This document shows positions 1-7,212 of a stretch of 36,580 nt of DNA, one piece after another (position 1 is the stretch's first letter; every line of letters begins with the position of its first letter). This DNA comes from a virus (lineage: Duplodnaviria > Caudoviricetes): positions 1 to 36,580 of the IMG/VR virus record IMGVR_UViG_3300005326_000257. One strand, 5' to 3'. Below the pieces are notes generated by a model. The model searched no databases. It was not told the origin of the DNA and saw only the letters and a list, made by a program, of their open reading frames with translations. The position numbers were made by a program, and so were the translations under genes.

Positions 1-115
1 TCCCTCATTATATCTTTAATAAAAAGCTTATTTTTAACCTTTTTAGTGATTTTTTGATATTGAATATTAGTAAAGACAAAAAAGATTATTATTGTATTTG
101 GGGACAAAAAAAGGA

Positions 116-814
116 TTAATAATTTTTTAATCTTTTTTTAAAATTATCCAATCCTGAATATTGAACGACCGCAAAACCAATTTGGTTAGCTAAGACAAGA
201 TGTTTTTGAGTATCATCAATAAAAATACATTCTTCAGGTTTTAATTGAATGCTATCCAAAACGTTTAAAAATGAATCTGGATTTGATTTTTTAAGTCCAG
301 TTTCATAGGAAACAAAACAGCCGTCAAATTGTTTTTTAATTTTTTTAGTAATTTCATTGTCTTGATCTAAATTAATGCCATCACTCATTATGTAAACTTT
401 ATATTTCTTCTTTAATTCATCAATGAACTTTAATAATTTCCAATCTATACAATTTTCTTTCATTGACCAAAGAGGAATCCATTCTGCCATTAATTCGTCA
501 ACACTTTTTTTTGTTGGTAAATTTTTTTTTAAATTTTGCAAAAATTGTTGTGGAGATTTTTCACCAATTTGCATTTTTTTATAATCATCGCCTTTCCAAA
601 TTTGATACCCTTCTTCAGGAGGAATATTGAACATAACCGAAAAAGCTTCTGCTGGTTTGATAGTATTCGTAGTGTCCAGGTTGAGAATTACCCCGCCAAT
701 GTCAAAAATAAAAGCTTTTTTATTAGAAACATCGATTCTATCTTCCATTTCTTTGGGAAAATTGCCGATTATATCAACGTCATATTTATGAGGTTTATTA
801 ATTTCTGCCGACAT
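116..814 (-). CDS. HAD-superfamily hydrolase/phosphatase (AT-rich, non-phage-like segment)
   Basis: Motif I FIFDIGGVIL, motif II YIMSD, motifs III/IV KKSNPDSF...CIFIDD. Visibly more AT-rich than the phage; no obvious Shine-Dalgarno. Confidence 0.85.
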   Translation of the reverse strand: MSAEINKPHKYDVDIIGNFPKEMEDRIDVSNKKAFIFDIGGVILNLDTTNTIKPAEAFSVMFNIPPEEGYQIWKGDDYKKMQIGEKSPQQFLQNLKKNLPTKKSVDELMAEWIPLWSMKENCIDWKLLKFIDELKKKYKVYIMSDGINLDQDNEITKKIKKQFDGCFVSYETGLKKSNPDSFLNVLDSIQLKPEECIFIDDTQKHLVLANQIGFAVVQYSGLDNFKKRLKNY

Positions 815-892
815 TAAGGTGATTATATCATCAAGAGCTACTGTATCTGGGACAAAATATTAAGTTAAAGTGAAATGATATAAAAAAATCCC

Positions 893-1228
893 CTAATGGA
901 GATTTTTTAAAAAAATGAAATAAATACTTGTTTTGATTACGCTTTTTAAATCAATTTTCAAGCCTACCCTCAGTTTATTTGTGGAAATTTTGGAATCTCC
1001 ATCATGCCTTGCGACATCCCCTATTGCCTCTACTTCCGCATACTCACTTTCACCCGGAGCATAATAACTGAATACATCAAGCGGGTTTTCAACGATATGC
1101 ATTCCTGCGCTACAACAGGAAGGTATTACTTTTTCTTCATACTCCGTATTCTCCGCGTACTGCTTTGAACAATTGAATTTGTCGCAAATCATCCCTTTGT
1201 TGAATCCTTTTATCCCCTTTACTCCCAT
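893..1228 (-). CDS. Phage early protein (KGFNKxMxC...GxH...PLDVFSYY...AEVE type), probably truncated at its 3' end by the junction with AT-rich DNA
   Basis: AGGAGG RBS before ATG. Recognisable phage N-terminal domain that is usually followed by more sequence; ends abruptly as composition turns AT-rich. Confidence 0.65.
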   Translation of the reverse strand: MGVKGIKGFNKGMICDKFNCSKQYAENTEYEEKVIPSCCSAGMHIVENPLDVFSYYAPGESEYAEVEAIGDVARHDGDSKISTNKLRVGLKIDLKSVIKTSIYFIFLKNLH

Positions 1229-1251
1229 GTTAAAATCCTCCTTTTTTATTT

Positions 1252-1320
1252 TTGCGGCGGCTGTTACTGCCAGGTAATCCCTCGCCAGAGCCGTAGCCGA
1301 TTTAGCGAGTGCCGCCGCAA
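1252..1320 (-). other. Candidate structured intergenic RNA element (multi-stem)
   Basis: Perfect 10-bp inverted repeat TTGCGGCGGC (1252-1261) / GCCGCCGCAA (1311-1320) enclosing two smaller stems. Confidence 0.4.
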
Positions 1321-1324
1321 TAGA

Positions 1325-1498
1325 TTATCGCAGTTTCTCCGCCCGCCTACGTTCCAGTTTTAGATAATAGCTGTCCGGTTTCTCGTCAGTGCATCTTGCG
1401 TGGAATGTCATGCCTGCCGGATGTACCCTGTATTCCTCACCTGTTTTGACAGGCTCAAAACATATACGGCATATACCGCAGTAACCTTTGATTTGCAT
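1325..1498 (-). CDS. Small Cys/His zinc-finger-like phage protein (57 aa)
   Basis: AGGAGG RBS, ATG at 1498; CxxC...HxxC pattern (CRIC...FHARC). Confidence 0.6.
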   Translation of the reverse strand: MQIKGYCGICRICFEPVKTGEEYRVHPAGMTFHARCTDEKPDSYYLKLERRRAEKLR

Positions 1499-1508
1499 AT
1501 ATACCTCC

Positions 1509-2180
1509 TTATCTCCCGATAATGTCCTTGAATTCCCGAGGGCATCTTTCAATTTTTTCTTGGGTTATTTTTTTGTAGTCATAATCCGGTTCGTCATCTT
1601 CAACATAATCAACAAACCACAAGAACCTGTTTTTATCTGTCCATTTATTCAGGAACTTCCCTGCGGATTCAAGCGTTTCTAGTTTGGAGAATAGACCTTC
1701 TCTTACATCGTGGGATGTGTCAAATATAAGTTTTTCTGAATCAATACAACCACCGGTGGAAATCCATCTCCATACAGTCTTTGAATCCTCTTCACTGTTA
1801 GCTTGGATTTCTCCATAAAGATGACCGCCATTGACAGTCTTCTTGTTTCCAAAGCTTGTCGCAAATATGACTAGTCCCTTTTGCGGATGATAATAAAGTA
1901 TTGCCTCGTCTGTGTTATCTTTATATTTAAAGTCATACACAAGTGCTTTTACAAAACCATGTACCGCTATCAGGGTTTTAAATTCGTCCCATGTCATGGA
2001 AAAATGCGTATCCCCGATTAATTTCAAGTGTTCATCCTTGCGGGCATTGTCTGATATGGCGTTCATCAAGGCAAACATGTTTTCTGTATCGTTGAATTGT
2101 GACCAATGTTTGCCGCCAAATTGTTTTTCTGTCTCTGCCAATGTGTCCTTTGTGAGAATTTCATTAGTTTGGGTATTCAT
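1509..2180 (-). CDS. Hypothetical phage protein (223 aa)
   Basis: Long ORF with AGGAGG RBS in the leftward early operon. Confidence 0.75.
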   Translation of the reverse strand: MNTQTNEILTKDTLAETEKQFGGKHWSQFNDTENMFALMNAISDNARKDEHLKLIGDTHFSMTWDEFKTLIAVHGFVKALVYDFKYKDNTDEAILYYHPQKGLVIFATSFGNKKTVNGGHLYGEIQANSEEDSKTVWRWISTGGCIDSEKLIFDTSHDVREGLFSKLETLESAGKFLNKWTDKNRFLWFVDYVEDDEPDYDYKKITQEKIERCPREFKDIIGR

Positions 2181-2217
2181 GATATACCTCCTTTATTGGG
2201 CTGTGCTGGATTGCCAA

Positions 2218-3039
2218 TTACGCCGATATACCATATAGCTGTTCAGTCAGTTCCTTTATGTCGTTCTCGTAAAGCTTACAGGCGATCTCGTACATTTCAG
2301 GGACCTTACCCATCACCCGATCAACATAGTCAAGTACGTTTTTCATCTTGGGCTTGTGATCTTCGTTGTAGAGTTCAAACCGTTCTTTCAGGCTTCCGAT
2401 GTGGTATTTCATTTCAAACTGTCGATAGAGTTCCTTCCAACGCTCTTGAAAATTGGCGTTTCTGTACCGGACAACACGGTTTAAAATCTGCCGTTTCTCG
2501 GCAAGTGTAACCTTGTCAACCAATCCGATAATGACATCCTCTTTGTGCTGGAGTTCCTTCTTTTGAGATTTGATAAGCTCATTCTGCTTGCGGACGGTTT
2601 CAAGCGTGGACCGGAACATAATGCGTGTGGTATCATCTGCAAATGGCAGATAGGTATTAATGAACATTTCATCATTGCCGATGTACCCGCCTGTTTTGCG
2701 TATGGATGGAATGACTTCGTGGGTGATCCAGCGTTTGAATTGTTTGGCTTCGGGCTTGCGGGATTTCAGAATTAAACTGTACAATCCGGCTTCGCTTACT
2801 ATTATCATTGATTGATTTCCACCGGGGGTACTCACAGTGTGAGTATCCTTCTCGTCATCGTCTAATCCACCGCTTAAAAACGATGATTCGCCTATATACC
2901 TTTTCTGTCCGTTCACCGAAACACTGGTGTCAATATCGAGAACATCACACACATCCGCAGCAACAAACCACGGTTCTCCATCCTTCTCAACTGTCCTTAC
3001 CTGCTTGTCGTTGTAATTGAAGATTTGTAATTCGTTCGT
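2218..3039 (-). CDS. BRO-N domain phage antirepressor; probable ACG start at 3039
   Basis: Frame is open upstream of the track start: (T)NELQIFNYNDKQVRTVEKDGEPWFVAADVCDVL. Also SEAGLYSLILKSRKPEAKQFKRWITHEVIPSIRKTGGY. GGAGG 8 nt upstream of ACG. Confidence 0.9.
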   Translation of the reverse strand, partial: TNELQIFNYNDKQVRTVEKDGEPWFVAADVCDVLDIDTSVSVNGQKRYIGESSFLSGGLDDDEKDTHTVSTPGGNQSMIIVSEAGLYSLILKSRKPEAKQFKRWITHEVIPSIRKTGGYIGNDEMFINTYLPFADDTTRIMFRSTLETVRKQNELIKSQKKELQHKEDVIIGLVDKVTLAEKRQILNRVVRYRNANFQERWKELYRQFEMKYHIGSLKERFELYNEDHKPKMKNVLDYVDRVMGKVPEMYEIACKLYENDIKELTEQLYGISA

Positions 3040-3052
3040 ATGCCCTTCCTCC

Positions 3053-3081
3053 TTGCTTTATCTTCCATACTTTGATAGAAT
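3053..3081 (+). promoter_or_regulatory. SigmaA-type promoter for the rightward 48-aa gene
   Basis: TTGCTT-17 bp-TAGAAT with TG extension. Confidence 0.55.
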
Positions 3082-3118
3082 CCGTATCGTAAAGGGGCCG
3101 ATCAAAAGGGGTGGTTAA

Positions 3119-3265
3119 ATGGTAAAACTTAGTGGCGAAACGGAGAGAATCGTTATTGCCGCCATCAGTAGCCCTAATTTCTTCGATGAAAACACGTCTA
3201 CCGAAGGAAAAGTACAATCGGTTATTGATCTTATTAATGCCGTAGAGAAAGCTATAAACAAATAA
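3119..3265 (+). CDS. 48-aa hypothetical protein (below ORF-track cutoff)
   Basis: AAGGGGTGG RBS; MVKLSGETERIVIAAISSPNFFDENTSTEGKVQSVIDLINAVEKAINK*. Flanked by a 12-bp inverted repeat. Confidence 0.55.
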   Translation: MVKLSGETERIVIAAISSPNFFDENTSTEGKVQSVIDLINAVEKAINK

Positions 3266-3288
3266 ATTTACCCGGCCCCTTTACTTTT

Positions 3289-3432
3289 TTACCTACCTTC
3301 TGCTAAGACCACCAGATGGGATATTGTTTCTGCTACCCTGCAAGCCTCGTCTGACCTGCCAGTATTTACATTGCGATCCTGTACCTTCTGCAATTCCCTA
3401 ATCTGTTCTTCCAGTACTGATTTGTAATCCGT
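3289..3432 (-). CDS. 47-aa hypothetical protein; probable ACG start
   Basis: GGAGGAAGGACAT-ACG context nearly identical to the antirepressor start; (T)DYKSVLEEQIRELQKVQ... Confidence 0.5.
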   Translation of the reverse strand, partial: TDYKSVLEEQIRELQKVQDRNVNTGRSDEACRVAETISHLVVLAEGR

Positions 3433-3446
3433 ATGTCCTTCCTCCC

Positions 3447-3475
3447 TTCCTATTTCTTCCTCCCTGTGATAGAAT
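3447..3475 (+). promoter_or_regulatory. Extended -10 promoter for the rightward 89-aa gene
   Basis: TTCCTA-17 bp-TAGAAT with TG; followed by GGAGGTGA RBS. Confidence 0.5.
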
Positions 3476-3493
3476 GCTGTCGAAGGGAGGTGA

Positions 3494-3763
3494 ATGTATT
3501 TGAAAAGAATCGATGTCCCACAGATTTCCGAAGATGCCGCCAAGTATACAAAAAATGTATTACCAAAAAATCAACTTGAAAGCCTCATGGAAAAATACCG
3601 GGAGCAATTCGGGGATTCCATCAGCGATAGCGATTTGTATGCTAACAGCCTCGCTATCGATATGATGAGAAGATTTCAGGTGTACGTAGTCAAGGTTGTT
3701 CAACAGGTTGCCGACCAGCTGCAGGATCAGTTTCTTGAAGCCTTGAAAAATCAGAAGCAGTAA
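3494..3763 (+). CDS. Hypothetical protein (89 aa), antisense to the early operon
   Basis: GGGAGGTGA RBS, own promoter, plausible helical protein. Confidence 0.6.
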   Translation: MYLKRIDVPQISEDAAKYTKNVLPKNQLESLMEKYREQFGDSISDSDLYANSLAIDMMRRFQVYVVKVVQQVADQLQDQFLEALKNQKQ

Positions 3764-4010
3764 TTGCTTCGTTGGTTCTCATTGCTTCATATGCCTTAAG
3801 ATTATTTTCCATCTGCGAATGATCCCATGGTCTGCATTCATCAAGGCCTGCAATAACATCCAACAATACGTCCTTGGATTGCCGTATTAAAAGGTTGTTA
3901 TTAGCGAGAATCAAGTAAATTTCAGACTTTATTTGGCTGATCTCAGTTTTCTCAAGTTTCATCCGCGGGCGAACTTGACCTTCGTGTGCGGTATTTTTTT
4001 GTGTTGTCAT
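3690..4010 (-). CDS. Hypothetical phage protein (106 aa)
   Basis: GAGGGGGAAGG RBS; 3' end overlaps the convergent 89-aa ORF by 74 bp. Confidence 0.55.
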   Translation of the reverse strand: MTTQKNTAHEGQVRPRMKLEKTEISQIKSEIYLILANNNLLIRQSKDVLLDVIAGLDECRPWDHSQMENNLKAYEAMRTNEAITASDFSRLQETDPAAGRQPVEQP

Positions 4011-4110
4011 CCTTCCCCCTCATTTCCTTTAGATTTGAACATTATCCGCAATATTCTTCCATTCTCCTCCCTCATGTGGTAAAATACTGTTGAAGGGAGT
4101 TAATGAATGT

Positions 4111-4329
4111 ATGCCCAAATTGCTTGTGTGCGAGTTGCGTACGCCGTGTCCAAAGCTGCTGATGGCGATCAAAAAGTATCATTTTGCAATGCCCACTTCA
4201 TCATCCTATGTACTGGATACCGATGATTCCTGTGAACAAATCCGCGATAATCTGTGGCAATATATTGGTGCGAATGATAGAATCTTTGTCGCTGAACTTA
4301 CCGGCGTAACTGCGTGGTACAATTGCTGA
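4111..4329 (+). CDS. Small phage protein resembling the stand-alone Cas2-like/ferredoxin-fold family
   Basis: Pattern AIK..S.Y...T...CEQIRDNL..YI..NDRIFVAEL....AW.N. Upstream TGgTAAAAT (4077-4085) and GGGAG. Exact start uncertain. Confidence 0.5.
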   Translation: MPKLLVCELRTPCPKLLMAIKKYHFAMPTSSSYVLDTDDSCEQIRDNLWQYIGANDRIFVAELTGVTAWYNC

Positions 4330-4373
4330 TCACCTCTTTGCTGTGTAATTTGAACATTAGCTGGGACATGGAA

Positions 4374-4817
4374 CTAAACGTATTTCATAATTTCCGCCAA
4401 TATGGTCCTGTATGCCAATACTTTGCCATTCAAAATGTCGCATACCGTTCCGTGGTTTACCCCTGTTTCTCGCTCAATTTGCCGTAATGTAACGCCGTTC
4501 ATCTTTTTTATGTACCAATCCTTAATCTGCTCGCTTGTATACTTTGTACAATAATATCTTGGCTTTCCTTTGTACTTATTGCTTAGCATTCTCCGCGTTT
4601 CTTCGCTTACCGGTTGACCGTGCGGAAAGTGAAGTCTAGCATGTTCTGCCCTATTTGTCAGTTCCAAGTTATCAAGATTATTGTTTTCCTTGTTTTCGTC
4701 CTTGTGGTGGACAATTTCATCCATCGCAAGTTTCCTGCCTAGCTTTTCCTCCATGACTAGGCGGTGTTCATCTCGTGTGGTTGTTTTGCTGATTCTTATC
4801 CGATGGTATTGATACAT
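4374..4817 (-). CDS. HNH homing endonuclease (HNH_3-like) with C-terminal HTH
   Basis: EHRLVME..LGRKL..DEIVHHKDENKENNNLDNLEL...EHARLH; C-terminal TLRQIERETGVNHGTVCDILNGK. Confidence 0.9.
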   Translation of the reverse strand: MYQYHRIRISKTTTRDEHRLVMEEKLGRKLAMDEIVHHKDENKENNNLDNLELTNRAEHARLHFPHGQPVSEETRRMLSNKYKGKPRYYCTKYTSEQIKDWYIKKMNGVTLRQIERETGVNHGTVCDILNGKVLAYRTILAEIMKYV

Positions 4818-4898
4818 AATTCCTCCCCTCTTTTAAATTGAACATTACATTTTCTTTTTAGGATGCATGGAACTAAGCGGGTTTGTTTCGTTTAGGAA

Positions 4899-5120
4899 TC
4901 ATTGTGGTAAAAAAATATCCATCGTGAAAATTTGGTCCATGGTGATACCGGTATGATCTTTTTGAAAATATGCCTTGATTTTTTGCATTTCGGAACGCTT
5001 GAATTCTGTTTTGCCTCTGATTTTTAGAGAAGCGGCTTGTTGAGATATGCCGATGATTTCTGCCAACTCTTTATGGGTCATGTTGGCGCACCCCATGAGC
5101 TTGAACAATTCTGGATACAT
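4899..5120 (-). CDS. Cro-like XRE HTH regulator
   Basis: MTHKELAEIIGISQQAASLKIRGKTEF; first gene of the leftward operon, divergent from the repressor. Confidence 0.85.
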   Translation of the reverse strand: MYPELFKLMGCANMTHKELAEIIGISQQAASLKIRGKTEFKRSEMQKIKAYFQKDHTGITMDQIFTMDIFLPQ

Positions 5121-5176
5121 AGCATTTTCCTCACTTTATCTCTCTATGTGATTCGTTTGGGAATCACTCTATTTAT

Positions 5177-5205
5177 ACTCTACCACCCATGCGGATGTTT
5201 GTCAA
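5177..5205 (-). promoter_or_regulatory. Lytic (cro) promoter
   Basis: Minus strand TTGACA (5200-5205)-17 bp-TAGAGT (5177-5182) with TG extension. Confidence 0.65.
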
Positions 5206-5216
5206 TAACAATTTTG

Positions 5217-5245
5217 TTGCATTTTTTAAAAATATATATTATACT
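5217..5245 (+). promoter_or_regulatory. Repressor/integrase promoter
   Basis: TTGCAT-17 bp-TATACT. Confidence 0.6.
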
Positions 5246-5276
5246 CTGATTAGTTTAGTAATCAAAAACGGAAGGG

Positions 5277-5492
5277 ATGTTTAAATTGAGCGTGTTTGGG
5301 AATAAGATCAGGAAATTGAGAGAATCAAAAGGCTTGACAACTCGGATGCTTGCGGAAGAAATTGGAATGTCGTGCGGTCAAATCAGTAAGTACGAAAACG
5401 ATATTCATGAACCCACGCTTGCCGTACTAAATAAGTATAAAAAATATTTCGGAGTATCATTGGATTATCTGTGTGACGATACGGAGGAATAG
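5277..5492 (+). CDS. cI-like XRE HTH repressor (HTH only, 71 aa)
   Basis: GNKIRKLRESKGLT..MLAEEIGMS..QISKYEND.HEP.L...FGVSLDYL; between cro and integrase. Confidence 0.9.
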   Translation: MFKLSVFGNKIRKLRESKGLTTRMLAEEIGMSCGQISKYENDIHEPTLAVLNKYKKYFGVSLDYLCDDTEE

Positions 5493-5494
5493 AC

Positions 5495-6646
5495 ATGAGG
5501 ACCAGGAAACCGAATGGTATGGGTAACATCTACAAAAGACCAGACGGACGGTATGAATGGAAACAGATGATTGATGGTGAAACCAGATACGAATCCGATA
5601 TGGACTTATCGGAACTTCAGAGGAAAATCAAGAAGATAATCGGCTGCATCAACGGAGATAAAACAAAACTGTTTGACTGGATGGATAGATGGTTAGAAAA
5701 TTACGTCAAGCCATACAAGAAACCTTCTACTTATAACAATTATAAATTCGCCTATGAAAAGTATATAAAGAAGTATATGCGAAACCTTCAACTAAGGCAC
5801 GTCACAAAGTCAGAAGTGCAGAAAATGATTACTGACCTTATTAATGATAAATATTCTGCTTCCTTGATAAAGAATGTCCGTAAGGCTTTGAGCGCAGCGT
5901 TTATCTCGGCAAATGAGGATGAACGGCTGGTTGACTTTAATCCCACCAGGGACACAAAACTACCCAAAGGAAGGATACCGATACGTAAGACGTTCAACCT
6001 GGAAGAATTGGCTGCTATTATTGAGAAGTTCACCAAGTCGAGATGGCTGTATGCAATCTTGTTTATGCTTGCCACGGGACTTCGCAGGGGCGAATTATTA
6101 GCCCTGAAATGGTCGAATATGGACTTTAAAGAAAAGAGAATTGCAATAGAAGAAAACCGTACAAAATACGGAGTTGATACGCCGAAGGATAACAATTACC
6201 ACTATGTCCCACTGACAGAACACGCAACGGTTTATCTCTCGGGATGGAAAAATCAACTTGAAAAGGAGCATAACCCGGCCATATACCAAAAGACCGATAC
6301 AATATTTGTATCAAAGGAAGGTACGCCGCTGCGCTCATCCAGTTTTAACAATATACTGGCGAAGAAGAAGTTTGATTTTCACGTTACCCCGCACATGTTC
6401 CGTCATACATTTGTGTATCTCTCCAAAGGCAAAGTAAGCCTGTCGGAACTTCAGGAAGCATTGGGGCATGACCAGTCAACTACCACATTGGATATATACG
6501 GTTTGATGCTTGCTGACACCATAAGCGTGGCAGATAAAATTGAAACAGCTTATGTTGAACTGGACGAATCCATGAAGAATATAAAAACCAAAAAACAGGA
6601 AAGCAATGTGATTGATTTTACACAAAGAAGATTGGCAAAACAATAA
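5495..6646 (+). CDS. int: Tyrosine integrase
   Basis: N-terminal arm-binding RKPNGMGNIYKRPDGRY; catalytic TGLRRGELLAL, TPK, HMFRHT, LGH...TT.DIY. Confidence 0.97.
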   Translation: MRTRKPNGMGNIYKRPDGRYEWKQMIDGETRYESDMDLSELQRKIKKIIGCINGDKTKLFDWMDRWLENYVKPYKKPSTYNNYKFAYEKYIKKYMRNLQLRHVTKSEVQKMITDLINDKYSASLIKNVRKALSAAFISANEDERLVDFNPTRDTKLPKGRIPIRKTFNLEELAAIIEKFTKSRWLYAILFMLATGLRRGELLALKWSNMDFKEKRIAIEENRTKYGVDTPKDNNYHYVPLTEHATVYLSGWKNQLEKEHNPAIYQKTDTIFVSKEGTPLRSSSFNNILAKKKFDFHVTPHMFRHTFVYLSKGKVSLSELQEALGHDQSTTTLDIYGLMLADTISVADKIETAYVELDESMKNIKTKKQESNVIDFTQRRLAKQ

Positions 6647-6690
6647 TTATCGTAAAATTATCGTAATTTTCACTAAAAATAAGAATGATA

Positions 6691-6731
6691 AAAACCTTGC
6701 GATTCGCTTATATCAAGCGGTGCAAGGTTTT
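6691..6731. terminator. Likely bidirectional intrinsic terminator after integrase
   Basis: AAAACCTTGC...GCAAGGTTTT stem with inner CGCTT/AAGCG stem; A and T tracts on either side. Confidence 0.7.
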
Positions 6732-6797
6732 ATAATTGCCTTTGTAATATTAACCCACTGAGTTAATCCCCCGAAATTATGTTATACTGTCAATAAC

Positions 6798-6827
6798 AAT
6801 ATAACATAATTAAATAGCATATTTCAA
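6798..6827 (-). promoter_or_regulatory. SigmaA-type promoter pointing into the att core
   Basis: Minus strand TTGAAA (6822-6827)-18 bp-TATATT (6798-6803) with TG extension. Confidence 0.5.
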
Positions 6828-6889
6828 GGCTTGATTCGTAAGATAATCACCATATTTTGGGATTTCGGCCCTGAAAAAATGTCGTAAAT

Positions 6890-7120
6890 TTATCGGTTTA
6901 TCGTAATTTTATCGTATGTTAAAAGGCATATCCGATTGATAAGCATGTGTGAAAGCCTGTCGATCTCAAGTAGTTTATTTTTTAATTCCACAGGGAGAAA
7001 TGGCACAAGCTCCTTTTCGATGCTCAATATCTTTTTATTAATGTTGTGACATTCTTCATCTTTTGAAATGATTTCCTCACATCTTTTACTAACGTATTCC
7101 TCAACTGCTTTACTTTCCAT
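6890..7120 (-). CDS. 76-aa hypothetical protein, probably SOS-inducible
   Basis: GGAGG RBS; preceded by a consensus promoter and LexA box. Confidence 0.7.
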   Translation of the reverse strand: MESKAVEEYVSKRCEEIISKDEECHNINKKILSIEKELVPFLPVELKNKLLEIDRLSHMLINRICLLTYDKITINR

Positions 7121-7162
7121 ACTTCAAATCCTCCGTATTTCATATTTGCCAGAGATAAAAAA

Positions 7163-7212
7163 AGAACACTTGTTCTGTTTTGATTATATCACCACGCTTT
7201 TGTATGTGTCAA
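7163..7212 (-). promoter_or_regulatory. Consensus promoter with LexA/DinR (SOS) box
   Basis: TTGACA (7207-7212)-18 bp-TATAAT (7183-7188), then AGAAC-N4-GTTCT (7163-7176) matching the Bacillota GAAC-N4-GTTC box at about +1. Confidence 0.8.

Larger units (their letters stand above)
6647..6916. other. Putative attP: arm-type TTATCGTAA-like repeats flanking a tRNA-like core
   Basis: TTATCGTAA twice at ~6647-6666 and related copies at ~6881-6916 in the same orientation. Central core 6754-6772 reads GGGGGATTAACTCAGTGGG on the minus strand. Confidence 0.7.

Noticed and set aside
3022-4876. CRISPR or mini-array from the recurring motifs
   Set aside because: Repeats are degenerate, irregularly spaced and separated by whole genes.
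6700-6800. A complete tRNA gene at attP
   Set aside because: Only ~19 nt resemble a tRNA 5' end; no anticodon arm, T-loop or 3' acceptor strand follows.
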